Origin: Bixzunavirus tonenili
Taxonomy: Duplodnaviria > Heunggongvirae > Uroviricota > Caudoviricetes
DNA: 64,000 bases
Virus record (IMG/VR): IMGVR_UViG_2706796412_000001
Location: 1-64,000 of that record
Reading direction: 5' to 3' (one strand)
The notes beneath the pieces are model-generated. The model was not told the DNA's origin. It was given only the letters and a program-made list of their open reading frames with translations, and did no database searches. Shown here in pieces: positions 44,610-54,537 of this stretch. A program made the position numbers and the translations under genes. Each line of letters begins with the position of its first letter. Within the stretch, counting starts at the first letter, position 1.

Positions 44610-45328
44610 TGCCCGATGTCATGCGGGGTGCGGGCAACCCTGCGTCGTTCCGGGAGAACGGCAGGGTTGTCAGGGCCAGAGTTCGCCATCTGGAAGAGTG
44701 CGTTGCGGCAGGTATTCCTGTGGTAGGTGACAAGATTCAGCGTCATAGCTACATGCGCGACCCGCACAGTGGCGCGGACAACTGCATCTGCGGTCGACAG
44801 GATGGGCACCTTCTGCACATGGGCACTCCGATCATCCGAAGCGCTGACGCCGAGCAGGCCAAGGCGACCGGCGGCATGGTCGCGCTCTACCCATCGACGG
44901 AGTCGGCGCAGAAGATCGTGGTGCCCGGCGGGGAACCGATCGACGACCTGCACCTGACGGTCACCTACTTCGGGCGGGACGTCACCGGGCAGGACCCGAC
45001 CGAGCTGGTCGACTTCCTGTACTACCTGGCCCCGCAGTTCCCGCCGATCGAGGCGAATATCTTCGGTTCGGCGGTGTTCAACTCGACCGGCGAGGATCCC
45101 TGCATCGTCTACCTGGTCGGCAACTCTCCGCACTTGACGCCGCTCTTCCAGCAACTCAAGCGGTTCGCGCTGGAACACTACCCCGGCGCTGCCGAGCAGC
45201 ACGACCCGTGGATCCCGCACGTCACGGCGGCCTACGGCGCCGGAGCCATGGTCGACTACGAAGGCCCGATCCTTTTCGACCGCATCGGCCTGCGCTGGCC
45301 TGGTGCTGATCAGGACTTCAACCTGTAG
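44609..45328 (+). CDS. 2H phosphoesterase (LigT/2',3'-cyclic phosphodiesterase-like) with N-terminal Cys/His segment
   Basis: 239 aa; two H-x-T-x motifs HLTVTYFG and HVTAAYG at the spacing typical of 2H superfamily. Confidence 0.6.
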   Translation: MPDVMRGAGNPASFRENGRVVRARVRHLEECVAAGIPVVGDKIQRHSYMRDPHSGADNCICGRQDGHLLHMGTPIIRSADAEQAKATGGMVALYPSTESAQKIVVPGGEPIDDLHLTVTYFGRDVTGQDPTELVDFLYYLAPQFPPIEANIFGSAVFNSTGEDPCIVYLVGNSPHLTPLFQQLKRFALEHYPGAAEQHDPWIPHVTAAYGAGAMVDYEGPILFDRIGLRWPGADQDFNL

Positions 45329-45338
45329 TAGACCCAAG

Positions 45339-45375
45339 TTCCTCCTCGAATGGTTAGGAGCCTTCGAGGAGGAAC
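45339..45375 (+). promoter_or_regulatory. SD-sequestering hairpin GTTCCTCCTCGAA-N11-TTCGAGGAGGAAC
   Basis: 13-bp perfect inverted repeat whose 3' arm contains RBS GAGGAGGAA 1 nt before ATG 45377. Confidence 0.5.
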
Positions 45376-45376
45376 A

Positions 45377-48300
45377 ATGGCGACGGTTTACACCGACTAC
45401 GGTCCGGGCGAGGTCATCGCATCGGAGACCGTGCGGGGCCGCACTCAGTACCAGGTTCGGGTGGCCGGTTACGGCGAGATGTGGCTGGACGCGACCAAGG
45501 TGGGCGCCATCCATGAGGCGTGGGCGCCGATGGACCACGACAACTCGGTCAGCCTCCCCTACGACCCAAAGCCGCAGTACCCGGCCCTGCCGGGCGATAC
45601 CGAGAGCACCATTCAGCCGATCCACGAGATCGACGCCGATGAGCGACTCTCCCCGGCGGACTCGATCACCTTCGAAGACCGCTCCGACGATGAGTCCATC
45701 ATCGACGGCCACAGCGACAACTTCGCCAAGAGTGCTGCCGTCCCCCTGCCGTACGGCGCCGGAGGCCTGGAGGGTGACCCGCACGAGCTGCATCGGCAGT
45801 GGATGGAAGAGACCGGCGAGCACCCCTCGCTGTCCCCGTACGCCGATGAGGTCGGTGCTCACGAGGATGACTTTCTCCCCGAAGAAGACTGGCATCCCAG
45901 CGACCAGTACGGCGACCTGAACAAGCCGTATCCGGCAGACACCTGGCGTTCCGATGTCGACCAGCGTTACCTCGGTTCGGCCAACCCTGATCTGCCTGGC
46001 CACATGACCAATGCGCACGAGGCCGCAGCCTTCCTCATCCCGCTCATGGGCGCCGGTGCGGCTGCCGGTGAGGCCGGACTCGGTGGCGCGGTGGCCGGAG
46101 GCCTGGCTCGTGGTGTCGGGATGGGCGCGGCCTCGGAGATGCTCGGCGGCGGCGGAGACCCGTCTCAGGGCGGCGGCGGAGTCGTCGACCAGGCCATTGA
46201 CGCCGCACAGCCCGGACCGGGCTGGGGAGAGCTGCAGCGCGGCGCCAGCCTGGATCAGTGGCTGTCCGGCCAGGATCAGGGCTCCGGGCGAGCTGCCGGT
46301 CTCGGCGACCGCTACATCGATCTCACCGCTGCGATCGACCCCAACGACCCGGTGACCATGTTCCGTCAGGATCCGGTTGCGTTCATCAATCGCACCGGCC
46401 ACGTTCATGACGAGCCGGTCAGTGAGCAGATGCAGCACTACGGGCATCTGATCGAGGCCAACCCGCAGATCCGCGAGGCCGCCTGGCGTGACGTCCGGGC
46501 CAAGGCGCTGCGACTGCGGCGCGAGGGCCGGGTGCACGTCAAAGATGTGGCGCCCGATCGCATCTACGCCAGCGTTGATGGCGACCACGGCACCTACGAC
46601 GTCATGATCGCCAAGGGCAGCGCCTTCGGTGGATTCGGCGGTGGCCACGCGATCAGCAACTGGCGCTGCGCGTGCGAGTGGGGCAAGTGGGCCTTCCAGC
46701 GTCGGATGACTTACGTCGGTCGGCTGTGCAGCCACGGCTACGCGGCCTACCTGACCATGCAGTCCGAGCACATGAAGGGCAAGCCGCGTCAGCGCCGGAT
46801 GCCTCAGGTCCGCAAGCGTGCCGACGCGCTGCAGAACACCCCGCAGCGTCTGGTGCCCGAGCTGGCCGTCAACGACTCCGACGACGCGCACACCTTCCTC
46901 GACGTCACCGAGGACGAGCGCAAGGACACCGGTCCCGACGACGTCATCACCGAGAAGGACATCGTCCACTTCTCCCGGCTGATGGCCAAGTGCGATGCCG
47001 AGCGTCTGCCTTACCCCCGGACCCTGGTGGCCTTCCTGGAGCGCTACGCCGACGACCAGACCCCCGAGGACTGGAAGATCGAGGACACCGGCAAGGCCGC
47101 TCCGGCTCTGGAAGAGCTGCGCGACTGGGCCGACACCTCGCAGGAGGACTACCTCGGCAACATGGAGGAGCGTGTCGAGGACATCCGCGACGCGGTCGAT
47201 ACCGCGCGCGAGTATGGCGTGGACGCCTCGCAGCTGACCGCCGGGGTGAACTTCCGCACCGCTGATCTCGACGACTACGTCCGCACCAACTCGGACGGAT
47301 CCAAGACGCAACGATCCAGGGGCACCACGACCACCACGACGCCCAGCGACGCGGCGGCAGACACCGAGGCCGACAATCAGGACGATCCGTCCTACGTGCC
47401 GGGCAGCGCGAGCAACGGCGCCGATCCGCGCTTCCGCAACCCCAACCAGCCTGCCGGGCTGCAGGGACCGGGCTTCAACGGCGACTACCCGGGCACCCAG
47501 ATCCAGGGTCCGGGTGTGCCGAGTGCCAATCAGCCGGGCCCGGGGGGCCAAGCGCCGGACTCGGCGGTCAACGGCGGCGCCGGTGCGGGCGGCAACTTCT
47601 ACAAGGACTGGTACGGCGGTCCCGGCGGCACCCAGAACACTCCGGGTAGCGGTTCCGCCTCGGGTGGCGGTTCGGGCAGCAGTGGCAATTCCTCCAGCGG
47701 CACCGGTGGTGGTGGAGGCGGCTGGGAGCGCAACACCGACACCAGCCCGATCTCTCAGGGCGAGTACCAGATCCAGTCTGGCGACACCCTGGCCGACATC
47801 GCGCAGCGGTCCGGTTACGGCGGCGACTACAACTCGCTGGCCCAGCAGAACAGCATCGCTGACCCCAACAAGATCAACGCGGGTGACACGATCAATATCG
47901 GCACCCCGGGCACCGGTGGCGGCGCTCCGGCCTCCAATCCGGCCCAGACCGGGTCGAATCCGGCCACCCCGTCGACCGGCGCACCGTCGACCACCCAGGT
48001 CGACACCTCGGCAGCGACTCAGAGCGGCGGAAGCGGGACCGGCAGCAGCACGGTGGACACCAGTGCGGCAGCCTCGACCCCGACCGACAACGCGGCCTCG
48101 CAGACGACCACCGAGACCAACAAGACCAGCCGTCGTCGGCGTCAGGCCGCGCCGTCGGGCAGCACCACCACCCCGGCGCAGAGCACCACGCCGGACTCCG
48201 AGGGTCTCGTCGACTCGATGGACAACCCGGCGGCGCCGACCGGCGGCACTCCGGCCAGCTCGTCGACGGCCATCGATCTGCCCGACAGCAACACCACGAC

Positions 48301-49180
48301 GCCAGGTAGCACCATCGACACCAGCGGCATGCCTGACGCCACCGGTGCAGGCAGCCAGGCCACCACGCCGGGCGGATTCGACCTGAGCCAGTTCAACGAC
48401 ACCATCAGCGGGGTCGGCGACGCCATCAATACCGGTGTGGGCATTGCCAGCGACATCGCGAGCGGAGTCGGCGATGTGGTCAGCGGCATCGGCAGCATCT
48501 TCAGCTCGCGTCAGGACTACGAGGAGTGGCACCGCTACGCCTACCCGGAGCCTGGCGACCACAAGCCGTTCGCCGGGTCGGGACCGGCAGGGCCGCTGGA
48601 GATCGGCCCGTCGACCGAGTACGCCGACAAGGCTCGCCGGAAGATGGACGACGTCACCGACCTGGACTACGACCACACCAAGCCGGTCAACCCTCGGCAG
48701 TCCTCGGCAGGCGGCGGCATCCAGCGTGCCGGTCGTGGCCCGCGTCGATCGGTGGAGCCGGTGGTGGTTCGTGAACAGCGCCCCGGACGTCCCGTGGTCG
48801 CCGCCGAGCAGCCTCATGTGCCCGACAACTTCGATCCGCTGGCGCCGCGCACGGCGGCCAGCTTCGACGATCCGTACGCCGACGATCAGGCCGCGATACA
48901 CATCGCGGCCAGCACTGACGACGACATCGTCGCAGCCTTCCAGCGTAGCGCTGGTGCCGAGGCCATCATGTCCAGTTCGGGCGGTGGCACCGACTACGAC
49001 GACTTCTCCTCGTCGCCTGCGGTGATCGCGGCCATGCAGCGCACCGCCGGACGGCAGTACTCGCCTGCCGAGCAGGCCGAGCTGATCCGCGAGGGCGACC
49101 GGGGCGGTGCGGGCAATCTCGACGCCCTGGATCTGCGCGGCACGCACTACGAGGCAGAGCACAGCATCGGCCTGTGGTGA
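45377..49180 (+). CDS. giant protein (1267 aa) with SWIM-type zinc finger and LysM peptidoglycan-binding domain
   Basis: CACEWGKWAFQRRMTYVGRLCSHGYAAYL (CxC..CxH); LysM YQIQSGDTLADIAQRSGYGGDYNSLAQQNSIADPNKINAGDTINIG; Gly/Ser/Thr linkers; antisense ORF 44462-49162 rejected. Confidence 0.6.
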   Translation: MATVYTDYGPGEVIASETVRGRTQYQVRVAGYGEMWLDATKVGAIHEAWAPMDHDNSVSLPYDPKPQYPALPGDTESTIQPIHEIDADERLSPADSITFEDRSDDESIIDGHSDNFAKSAAVPLPYGAGGLEGDPHELHRQWMEETGEHPSLSPYADEVGAHEDDFLPEEDWHPSDQYGDLNKPYPADTWRSDVDQRYLGSANPDLPGHMTNAHEAAAFLIPLMGAGAAAGEAGLGGAVAGGLARGVGMGAASEMLGGGGDPSQGGGGVVDQAIDAAQPGPGWGELQRGASLDQWLSGQDQGSGRAAGLGDRYIDLTAAIDPNDPVTMFRQDPVAFINRTGHVHDEPVSEQMQHYGHLIEANPQIREAAWRDVRAKALRLRREGRVHVKDVAPDRIYASVDGDHGTYDVMIAKGSAFGGFGGGHAISNWRCACEWGKWAFQRRMTYVGRLCSHGYAAYLTMQSEHMKGKPRQRRMPQVRKRADALQNTPQRLVPELAVNDSDDAHTFLDVTEDERKDTGPDDVITEKDIVHFSRLMAKCDAERLPYPRTLVAFLERYADDQTPEDWKIEDTGKAAPALEELRDWADTSQEDYLGNMEERVEDIRDAVDTAREYGVDASQLTAGVNFRTADLDDYVRTNSDGSKTQRSRGTTTTTTPSDAAADTEADNQDDPSYVPGSASNGADPRFRNPNQPAGLQGPGFNGDYPGTQIQGPGVPSANQPGPGGQAPDSAVNGGAGAGGNFYKDWYGGPGGTQNTPGSGSASGGGSGSSGNSSSGTGGGGGGWERNTDTSPISQGEYQIQSGDTLADIAQRSGYGGDYNSLAQQNSIADPNKINAGDTINIGTPGTGGGAPASNPAQTGSNPATPSTGAPSTTQVDTSAATQSGGSGTGSSTVDTSAAASTPTDNAASQTTTETNKTSRRRRQAAPSGSTTTPAQSTTPDSEGLVDSMDNPAAPTGGTPASSSTAIDLPDSNTTTPGSTIDTSGMPDATGAGSQATTPGGFDLSQFNDTISGVGDAINTGVGIASDIASGVGDVVSGIGSIFSSRQDYEEWHRYAYPEPGDHKPFAGSGPAGPLEIGPSTEYADKARRKMDDVTDLDYDHTKPVNPRQSSAGGGIQRAGRGPRRSVEPVVVREQRPGRPVVAAEQPHVPDNFDPLAPRTAASFDDPYADDQAAIHIAASTDDDIVAAFQRSAGAEAIMSSSGGGTDYDDFSSSPAVIAAMQRTAGRQYSPAEQAELIREGDRGGAGNLDALDLRGTHYEAEHSIGLW

Positions 49181-49215
49181 CCACGACGACCACCTAGAAG
49201 AAGAGAGGAGGTGTC

Positions 49216-52200
49216 GTGGCTACCAAGCACGTGCTGCATGCCGAACGACGGGACATCACCACCCGTCCTACGGACAGGGCCATCCGGCGCAAGCTGAAGC
49301 ATGCCGAGACTATCGGCGACTTCAAAATGCGTCCGGGTTACCTCTACACCGTGGTTCGGGCCATCTCGGCGCGAGTTAACCAGAACTACGACGGTTGGCC
49401 GTCCGAAGAGCTGAAGAAGGCCGCGCACACCTTCATCGGAAAGCCGGTCTTTGTCAACCACGAGAACTACGACCCGAAGAAGGCTAGGGGAGTTGTTGTC
49501 GCCGCTCGTTACGTCGAGAACGGCAACGACAAGTTCATCGAGGTCATTCAGGAAATCGACGCCAAGCGTTTCCCAAAGCTGGCCCGCGAGATCCGCACCG
49601 GCGGACTTGACTCTGTGTCGATGGGCGCCGAGGCCGGATTCACGATCTGCTCTTACTGCGGCAACAAGGCGACCGACGTCCCCGACTTCTGCGATCACGT
49701 CAAGTACCACAAGGGCGACCGTTTGCCACGGTGGAACGCTAAGACCGGCAAGGTCGAGGACGTTCTGGTCTACGAGTCCTGCCACAAGATCAGCTTCTTC
49801 GAGTTGAGCTATGTGTTCGACCCGGCGGACGAGACGGCGGTGGCCTCCAAGGTCATCATGGCCAACAACAAGACCGCTGCCGACTGCCCGCCCGGCCAGG
49901 ACTGCACGGTCGGCGGCAAGCCCGAGGACCAGATCACTCCGGACTCGGCCAACAACCCGGTCAACGGCGGCAGCAACGACAGCAGCAGCACCGGCGGCGG
50001 TGCTGGAGCGAGCGCGGCCACCACGGTTTCTGGCGGCGAGCTGGGCGAGCCTGGCGAGTCGGTGTCCGCCGGAGGAGGAGCCGGGGCCGACGGCATCATG
50101 GACGTCTCGCGCCCGCTCTACGACCAGCTCAAGACGATCGACCCGAACGCCGACATCGGCGGCTACCGCCCTGGCGGCGACGGCTACGACGAGCACAACA
50201 ACGGCGCGCTCGACTACATGACCACCGACCCGGCAGTGGCCGAACAGGTCAAGCAGAAGGCGTTCGAGAACGGCGCCCCGTACGTCATCTGGCAGCAGCA
50301 GCTGCACTATCCCGACGGCTCCACCAAAGCGATGGAGGACCGAGGCAGTCCGACGCAGAACCACATGGACCACGTGCACACGGGCCCGCTCACCGGACCG
50401 AAGGCTGCCCGGGTCGAGCACACGGTTCTGGTCACCGCCGGGTTCGTCGATCCGGCTGCCGACTGCACCGTATGCCGTCAGGCCCGGGTGGCCACCAAGT
50501 GCCACTACTGCGCCGGAGACGCCGAGGAGGGCTTCTCCTCGTGCGCCGCGCATCGGCCCATGGAAGAGAAGAAGTTCAGGGCCGCACAGCGAGAGGAGGC
50601 CGCGATGACGTTCGAGGCCCGCGTGATTCGTGAGTTCCTCGGTGGCCCGCCGCCACCGGCCCGCCCGATGACCGGCATCGAGCACCAGCCCGGCCTCAAC
50701 CCCGAGGACTATGTCGTGCCGTACAAGGGGCGCGGCTACAAGCCCGGCATGCCGGTCGACGTCTACCGCAACCTGCATTCGGAGAAGACCGGCACCGGCC
50801 TGTGGTCGGTCCGGCACAAGGGCCAGGTGGTCGGCCACGCCGATTTCATCCACATGCCCGACGGCAAGTTCTTCGTCGGCGAGGGCGGCAACCAGAAGGT
50901 CCAGGAGACCGGCCAGAAGAACGTGCACGCCGGAGCGCGCGGCGTGCTGGGCCCGGTGCCGCACGATCACGATCCGTCCCAGTACGTCGGCATCACCTAC
51001 AACCCCAAGGCCGGAGACACCAGCTTCTACCAGCGCGAGACCAAGGAGCCGGTCTGGGAGGCCGACCATGTGCACCTGGGTCCCGACGGCAAGGCCTACA
51101 CCCTCGGTCCGCGCAGCGGCATGGCCAGCGCCGACCAGAAGGTCTTCGAGGCCATGGTCCTGCAGGCCTACGGCGAGACCGAGGCGCCCACCCGTGTGGA
51201 CACCCTGCGTGAAGAGGGCTCGGCGCCCGAGGACGACAACAACGACTTCTACCACTACGTCGAGCCGCCCAAGGAGCTGCAGACCCCAGATCTGTCTGAG
51301 GCCGCACAGATCGACCGCGAGCAGGCCGAAAACATGGGCGGCAATGGTGCTGTCGACACCGACGGTGATCCCGGCCCGCACAGCGTGATGAACCAGCAGC
51401 CTGCCGCGCCGCAGCAGCAGTACATGACGCTGCAGATCCCGATCCCTCCGCAGGGTGCGGGCGTCCCGAGCGTGCCGATGCAGGCCTTCCAGCCTCAGCC
51501 CGGTCCCGCCCCGGCCCCGGCACAGCAGATCGCTGCCTCGACGCTCGACTACTTCGACCGCTACTTCGGGCGCCGTGTGGCCAACTGGCTCGACGCCGTC
51601 GAGGCCGGGCGCCCGTTCACCGCCGAAGAGGCTTCGGACTACAGGCGGCAAGCAATGAAGCTATCGACCCTGCAAAACGCGGCCTCAGCTTCAACAACAA
51701 GTAGGAACCCCAGGAAAGGAACCGCCAACATGGCACGCAGCACTCTCGCCTCGCGCAGCAAGGTGGTGACGGCTGGTCGTCGGCAGCACTTCGCCGAAGG
51801 TCCGTTGGTGGACTCCGGCGACCAGAGCCGCAACGACCAGGGAGAGCAGGAAGAGGCCTTCATCTCGACCACGCCTCCCGAGGAGCCGGTGGTGGCTCCG
51901 ACCGATGACACCCCGAACATCTCCAACACCGAGCAGAACCTCGTTGCTCGGGTGCAGCGGGGCCGCGCCCAGCTCATGGCCGACGCGCAGAAGCTGGCTC
52001 AGCTTCAGGCCGCCCGCAAGCGCCGGACGGCCAACGAGGCCGGAGGCCCGGTGGCCACCGAGGTCAACCCGACCGTCAACTCCGGCCCGGGCGCCGAGGA
52101 GCTGACCGGGGACGACTTCGAGTCGGCCAACCCCAACGACGGCGTTGTCGAGACTCAGCCCAAGGATGCGAGCCTCCACGCGTTCCGCACCTTCGACTCG

Positions 52201-52926
52201 TGGCTGAAGCGCAAGACGGGCAAGTCGAGCCGGTACCACACTCACGCGACGATTCGTCGCGCGGCGGACGACTTCAGCCGTCAGTCCGGAGTTTCCGTCC
52301 AGGCCCTGTTCCCGGCCCTGGGAATCGTGCTGCGAGAAGCACGAAAGAACGAAAAGGCAGCAGCCAACACCAAGGGAGCCAACATGCGCAAGCGCGCCGA
52401 CGAGAAGCTGGAAGTCGCAGCTCCGGATGGACGTGTTGACGTCGAGGCCCCGACCCGAGGAACGACTGACGCAGAGGCTCAGGCCTCTCAGTTCGACCTC
52501 AACGACTTCGGCAACAACGCCGGAGACGATATCGCCGATCCGGATCTGAGCACTGATCAGAACTGGGCCCCCGGCGAGGCCACCAAGACCAGCAGGGTCA
52601 AGACGGCAGGTGGCGTTCTCGCCTTCCGTCTGGCGGAAGCCATGATCGCTGCTGGTATCGAGCCGAACACCGCCGAGCGGAAGTATGCGCTGGCGGCAGA
52701 GTTCGAAAACATGAGCCGTGGTGCGGTCCAGGACCGTATCGCGCTGTGCGAGCGCTTCGTGCCGGTTCTGGCCGCAGCTCGCCGTCAGGTCGCCAGCGGT
52801 AGTACTCGCGGGGCCGCACTGAAGTCCCCCATCCCTTCGGGTCTGGCACAGGGCGCGCAGCGCACCGCCGGTCGCGCAGTGGTGGCGGCAAACGACCCCC
52901 GTAATGACTCTTCGCTCTTCATCTGA
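49216..52926 (+). CDS. giant protein (1236 aa) with HK97-type (S78) prohead protease-like N-terminal region
   Basis: GTG after AGAGGAGG; N-terminal KPVFVNHENYDPKKARGVVVAARYVENGN resembles S78 protease His-region; immediately upstream of capsid genes; rest Pro/Ala/Gln-rich. Confidence 0.55.
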   Translation: MATKHVLHAERRDITTRPTDRAIRRKLKHAETIGDFKMRPGYLYTVVRAISARVNQNYDGWPSEELKKAAHTFIGKPVFVNHENYDPKKARGVVVAARYVENGNDKFIEVIQEIDAKRFPKLAREIRTGGLDSVSMGAEAGFTICSYCGNKATDVPDFCDHVKYHKGDRLPRWNAKTGKVEDVLVYESCHKISFFELSYVFDPADETAVASKVIMANNKTAADCPPGQDCTVGGKPEDQITPDSANNPVNGGSNDSSSTGGGAGASAATTVSGGELGEPGESVSAGGGAGADGIMDVSRPLYDQLKTIDPNADIGGYRPGGDGYDEHNNGALDYMTTDPAVAEQVKQKAFENGAPYVIWQQQLHYPDGSTKAMEDRGSPTQNHMDHVHTGPLTGPKAARVEHTVLVTAGFVDPAADCTVCRQARVATKCHYCAGDAEEGFSSCAAHRPMEEKKFRAAQREEAAMTFEARVIREFLGGPPPPARPMTGIEHQPGLNPEDYVVPYKGRGYKPGMPVDVYRNLHSEKTGTGLWSVRHKGQVVGHADFIHMPDGKFFVGEGGNQKVQETGQKNVHAGARGVLGPVPHDHDPSQYVGITYNPKAGDTSFYQRETKEPVWEADHVHLGPDGKAYTLGPRSGMASADQKVFEAMVLQAYGETEAPTRVDTLREEGSAPEDDNNDFYHYVEPPKELQTPDLSEAAQIDREQAENMGGNGAVDTDGDPGPHSVMNQQPAAPQQQYMTLQIPIPPQGAGVPSVPMQAFQPQPGPAPAPAQQIAASTLDYFDRYFGRRVANWLDAVEAGRPFTAEEASDYRRQAMKLSTLQNAASASTTSRNPRKGTANMARSTLASRSKVVTAGRRQHFAEGPLVDSGDQSRNDQGEQEEAFISTTPPEEPVVAPTDDTPNISNTEQNLVARVQRGRAQLMADAQKLAQLQAARKRRTANEAGGPVATEVNPTVNSGPGAEELTGDDFESANPNDGVVETQPKDASLHAFRTFDSWLKRKTGKSSRYHTHATIRRAADDFSRQSGVSVQALFPALGIVLREARKNEKAAANTKGANMRKRADEKLEVAAPDGRVDVEAPTRGTTDAEAQASQFDLNDFGNNAGDDIADPDLSTDQNWAPGEATKTSRVKTAGGVLAFRLAEAMIAAGIEPNTAERKYALAAEFENMSRGAVQDRIALCERFVPVLAAARRQVASGSTRGAALKSPIPSGLAQGAQRTAGRAVVAANDPRNDSSLFI

Positions 52927-52957
52927 CGCGAAGTAAGGACTCAGGAGGACCACGGAA

Positions 52958-53500
52958 ATGACTTTCCGTCCACCGGCGTCCAATCCGGCTCAGAAGCGGA
53001 CGCTGGTTCCGCGTTACGCCAACACCCAGGCCACCCCCTGGGCGGGCTTCCTCGATCCGGATCTGGACATCGATTTCGACATCCTGCCCGGCACCGTGAT
53101 GCAGCGGCTGTACGGCGACGTGTTCGCTCCGTACACCGGCGCAGCGGGCACCGTGCCCTTCGGCCTGTCGGCCCTGTTCGTCGCCCCACGTCTGGGCGTC
53201 AGCGAGGTCTCCAGCTCGGGCACCGGCCTGTTCACCGTGTGGGTGGGCGACAGCCAGGCCGTCTTCGACGTGCTGGCACCGGCATTCGACGTGGATGCTG
53301 ACTGGCCCGCCGCTGGCGCGACCGGACCGCATCGCGTCATGTTGACGGCGAACGCGAAGGGTCGGCTGACTCCCGAGGGTGTGACCCCGGAGAACGTCAT
53401 CGCCGAGCTGATCGACATCCCGTCGACCGACAAGATCACGATCCGCCTGAACCGCCTCGACCTCGCGGCGACCGGTGGCGGACTGGCGGGAGGCAGCTAA
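52958..53500 (+). CDS. head-associated protein (180 aa; scaffold or decoration candidate)
   Basis: AGGAGGA RBS; sits between protease-like gene and major capsid gene. Confidence 0.45.
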   Translation: MTFRPPASNPAQKRTLVPRYANTQATPWAGFLDPDLDIDFDILPGTVMQRLYGDVFAPYTGAAGTVPFGLSALFVAPRLGVSEVSSSGTGLFTVWVGDSQAVFDVLAPAFDVDADWPAAGATGPHRVMLTANAKGRLTPEGVTPENVIAELIDIPSTDKITIRLNRLDLAATGGGLAGGS

Positions 53501-53503
53501 GCC

Positions 53504-54505
53504 ATGACTCTTCCAGTTGCAGTCGGAAGCGGCCTGGGCCGCTTCGCCAAGGCGTCCGACGACTACGTGGCCGACATCGTCGAGGCCAAGCAGCGTATGG
53601 GCAATCGCAAGCTCAGCGCTCGCGAGAAGCAGGCCAAGCTCGCTCACATCCTGAGCGACAAGGTCGGCGGCATCCAGCGTCTGGGCCAGTCGATGATCGG
53701 CCCGATCCAGCTCCAGCTGCGTTACCAGGGCATCCTGCGTAACGTCCTGCTGGAGGACACGCTGACCCCCGGCGTGCCGATCCAGTACGACGTCCTGGAC
53801 GACCTCGGCCAGGCCTACATGCTGCACGGCAACGAGGGCGAGATCCGCATCACCCCCTTCGAGGGCAAGCGTATCGAGGTCCAGCTGTTCCGCATCGCGA
53901 GCTTCCCGCAGATCAAGAAGGAAGACCTGTACTACCTCCGCAGCAACATCGTGGAGTACACGCAGGACATGACCAAGCAGGCCATCATGCGCCAGGAGGA
54001 CTCGCGCCTCGTGACGCTGCTGGAGGCTGCAGCGGTCAGCTACCGCGTCGTGGACAGCTCGGCTCAGCCGGGCGTCGGCGCACTGCCCAACGAGATCACC
54101 ATCGCCGGTTCACACCTGATGCCGGATGATCTCTACACGGCGGTGACCTACACCGACCAGCGTCAGCTGGACAGCTCGCGCCTGCTGGCGAACCCGCAGG
54201 AGTACCGCGACCTGTACCGGTGGGACATCAACACGACCGGTTGGGCCTTCAAGGACTCGGTGGTCGCTGGTGAGCGCATCGTCCAGTTCGGCGAGTTCCA
54301 GATCGGCAAGTCGATCATCATCCCGCGTGGCACCGTCTACCTGACCCCGGAGCCCGAGTTCCTCGGCGTCTTCCCGGTCATGTACTCCCTCGATGTCGAG
54401 GAGGACAACAAGGTGGAGCGGTTCAACAAGGGCTGGGTGATGGACGAGCTGGTCGGCATGGCCGTGCTCAACCCGAGGGGCATCGTCATCCTCAGGAAAG
54501 CCTGA
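53504..54505 (+). CDS. major capsid protein (HK97-fold candidate, 333 aa)
   Basis: size, position after protease/scaffold genes, strong terminator downstream. Confidence 0.6.
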   Translation: MTLPVAVGSGLGRFAKASDDYVADIVEAKQRMGNRKLSAREKQAKLAHILSDKVGGIQRLGQSMIGPIQLQLRYQGILRNVLLEDTLTPGVPIQYDVLDDLGQAYMLHGNEGEIRITPFEGKRIEVQLFRIASFPQIKKEDLYYLRSNIVEYTQDMTKQAIMRQEDSRLVTLLEAAAVSYRVVDSSAQPGVGALPNEITIAGSHLMPDDLYTAVTYTDQRQLDSSRLLANPQEYRDLYRWDINTTGWAFKDSVVAGERIVQFGEFQIGKSIIIPRGTVYLTPEPEFLGVFPVMYSLDVEEDNKVERFNKGWVMDELVGMAVLNPRGIVILRKA

Positions 54506-54537
54506 CAAGGTCGTCCTTAGGACAATCCTGCAGTAGG

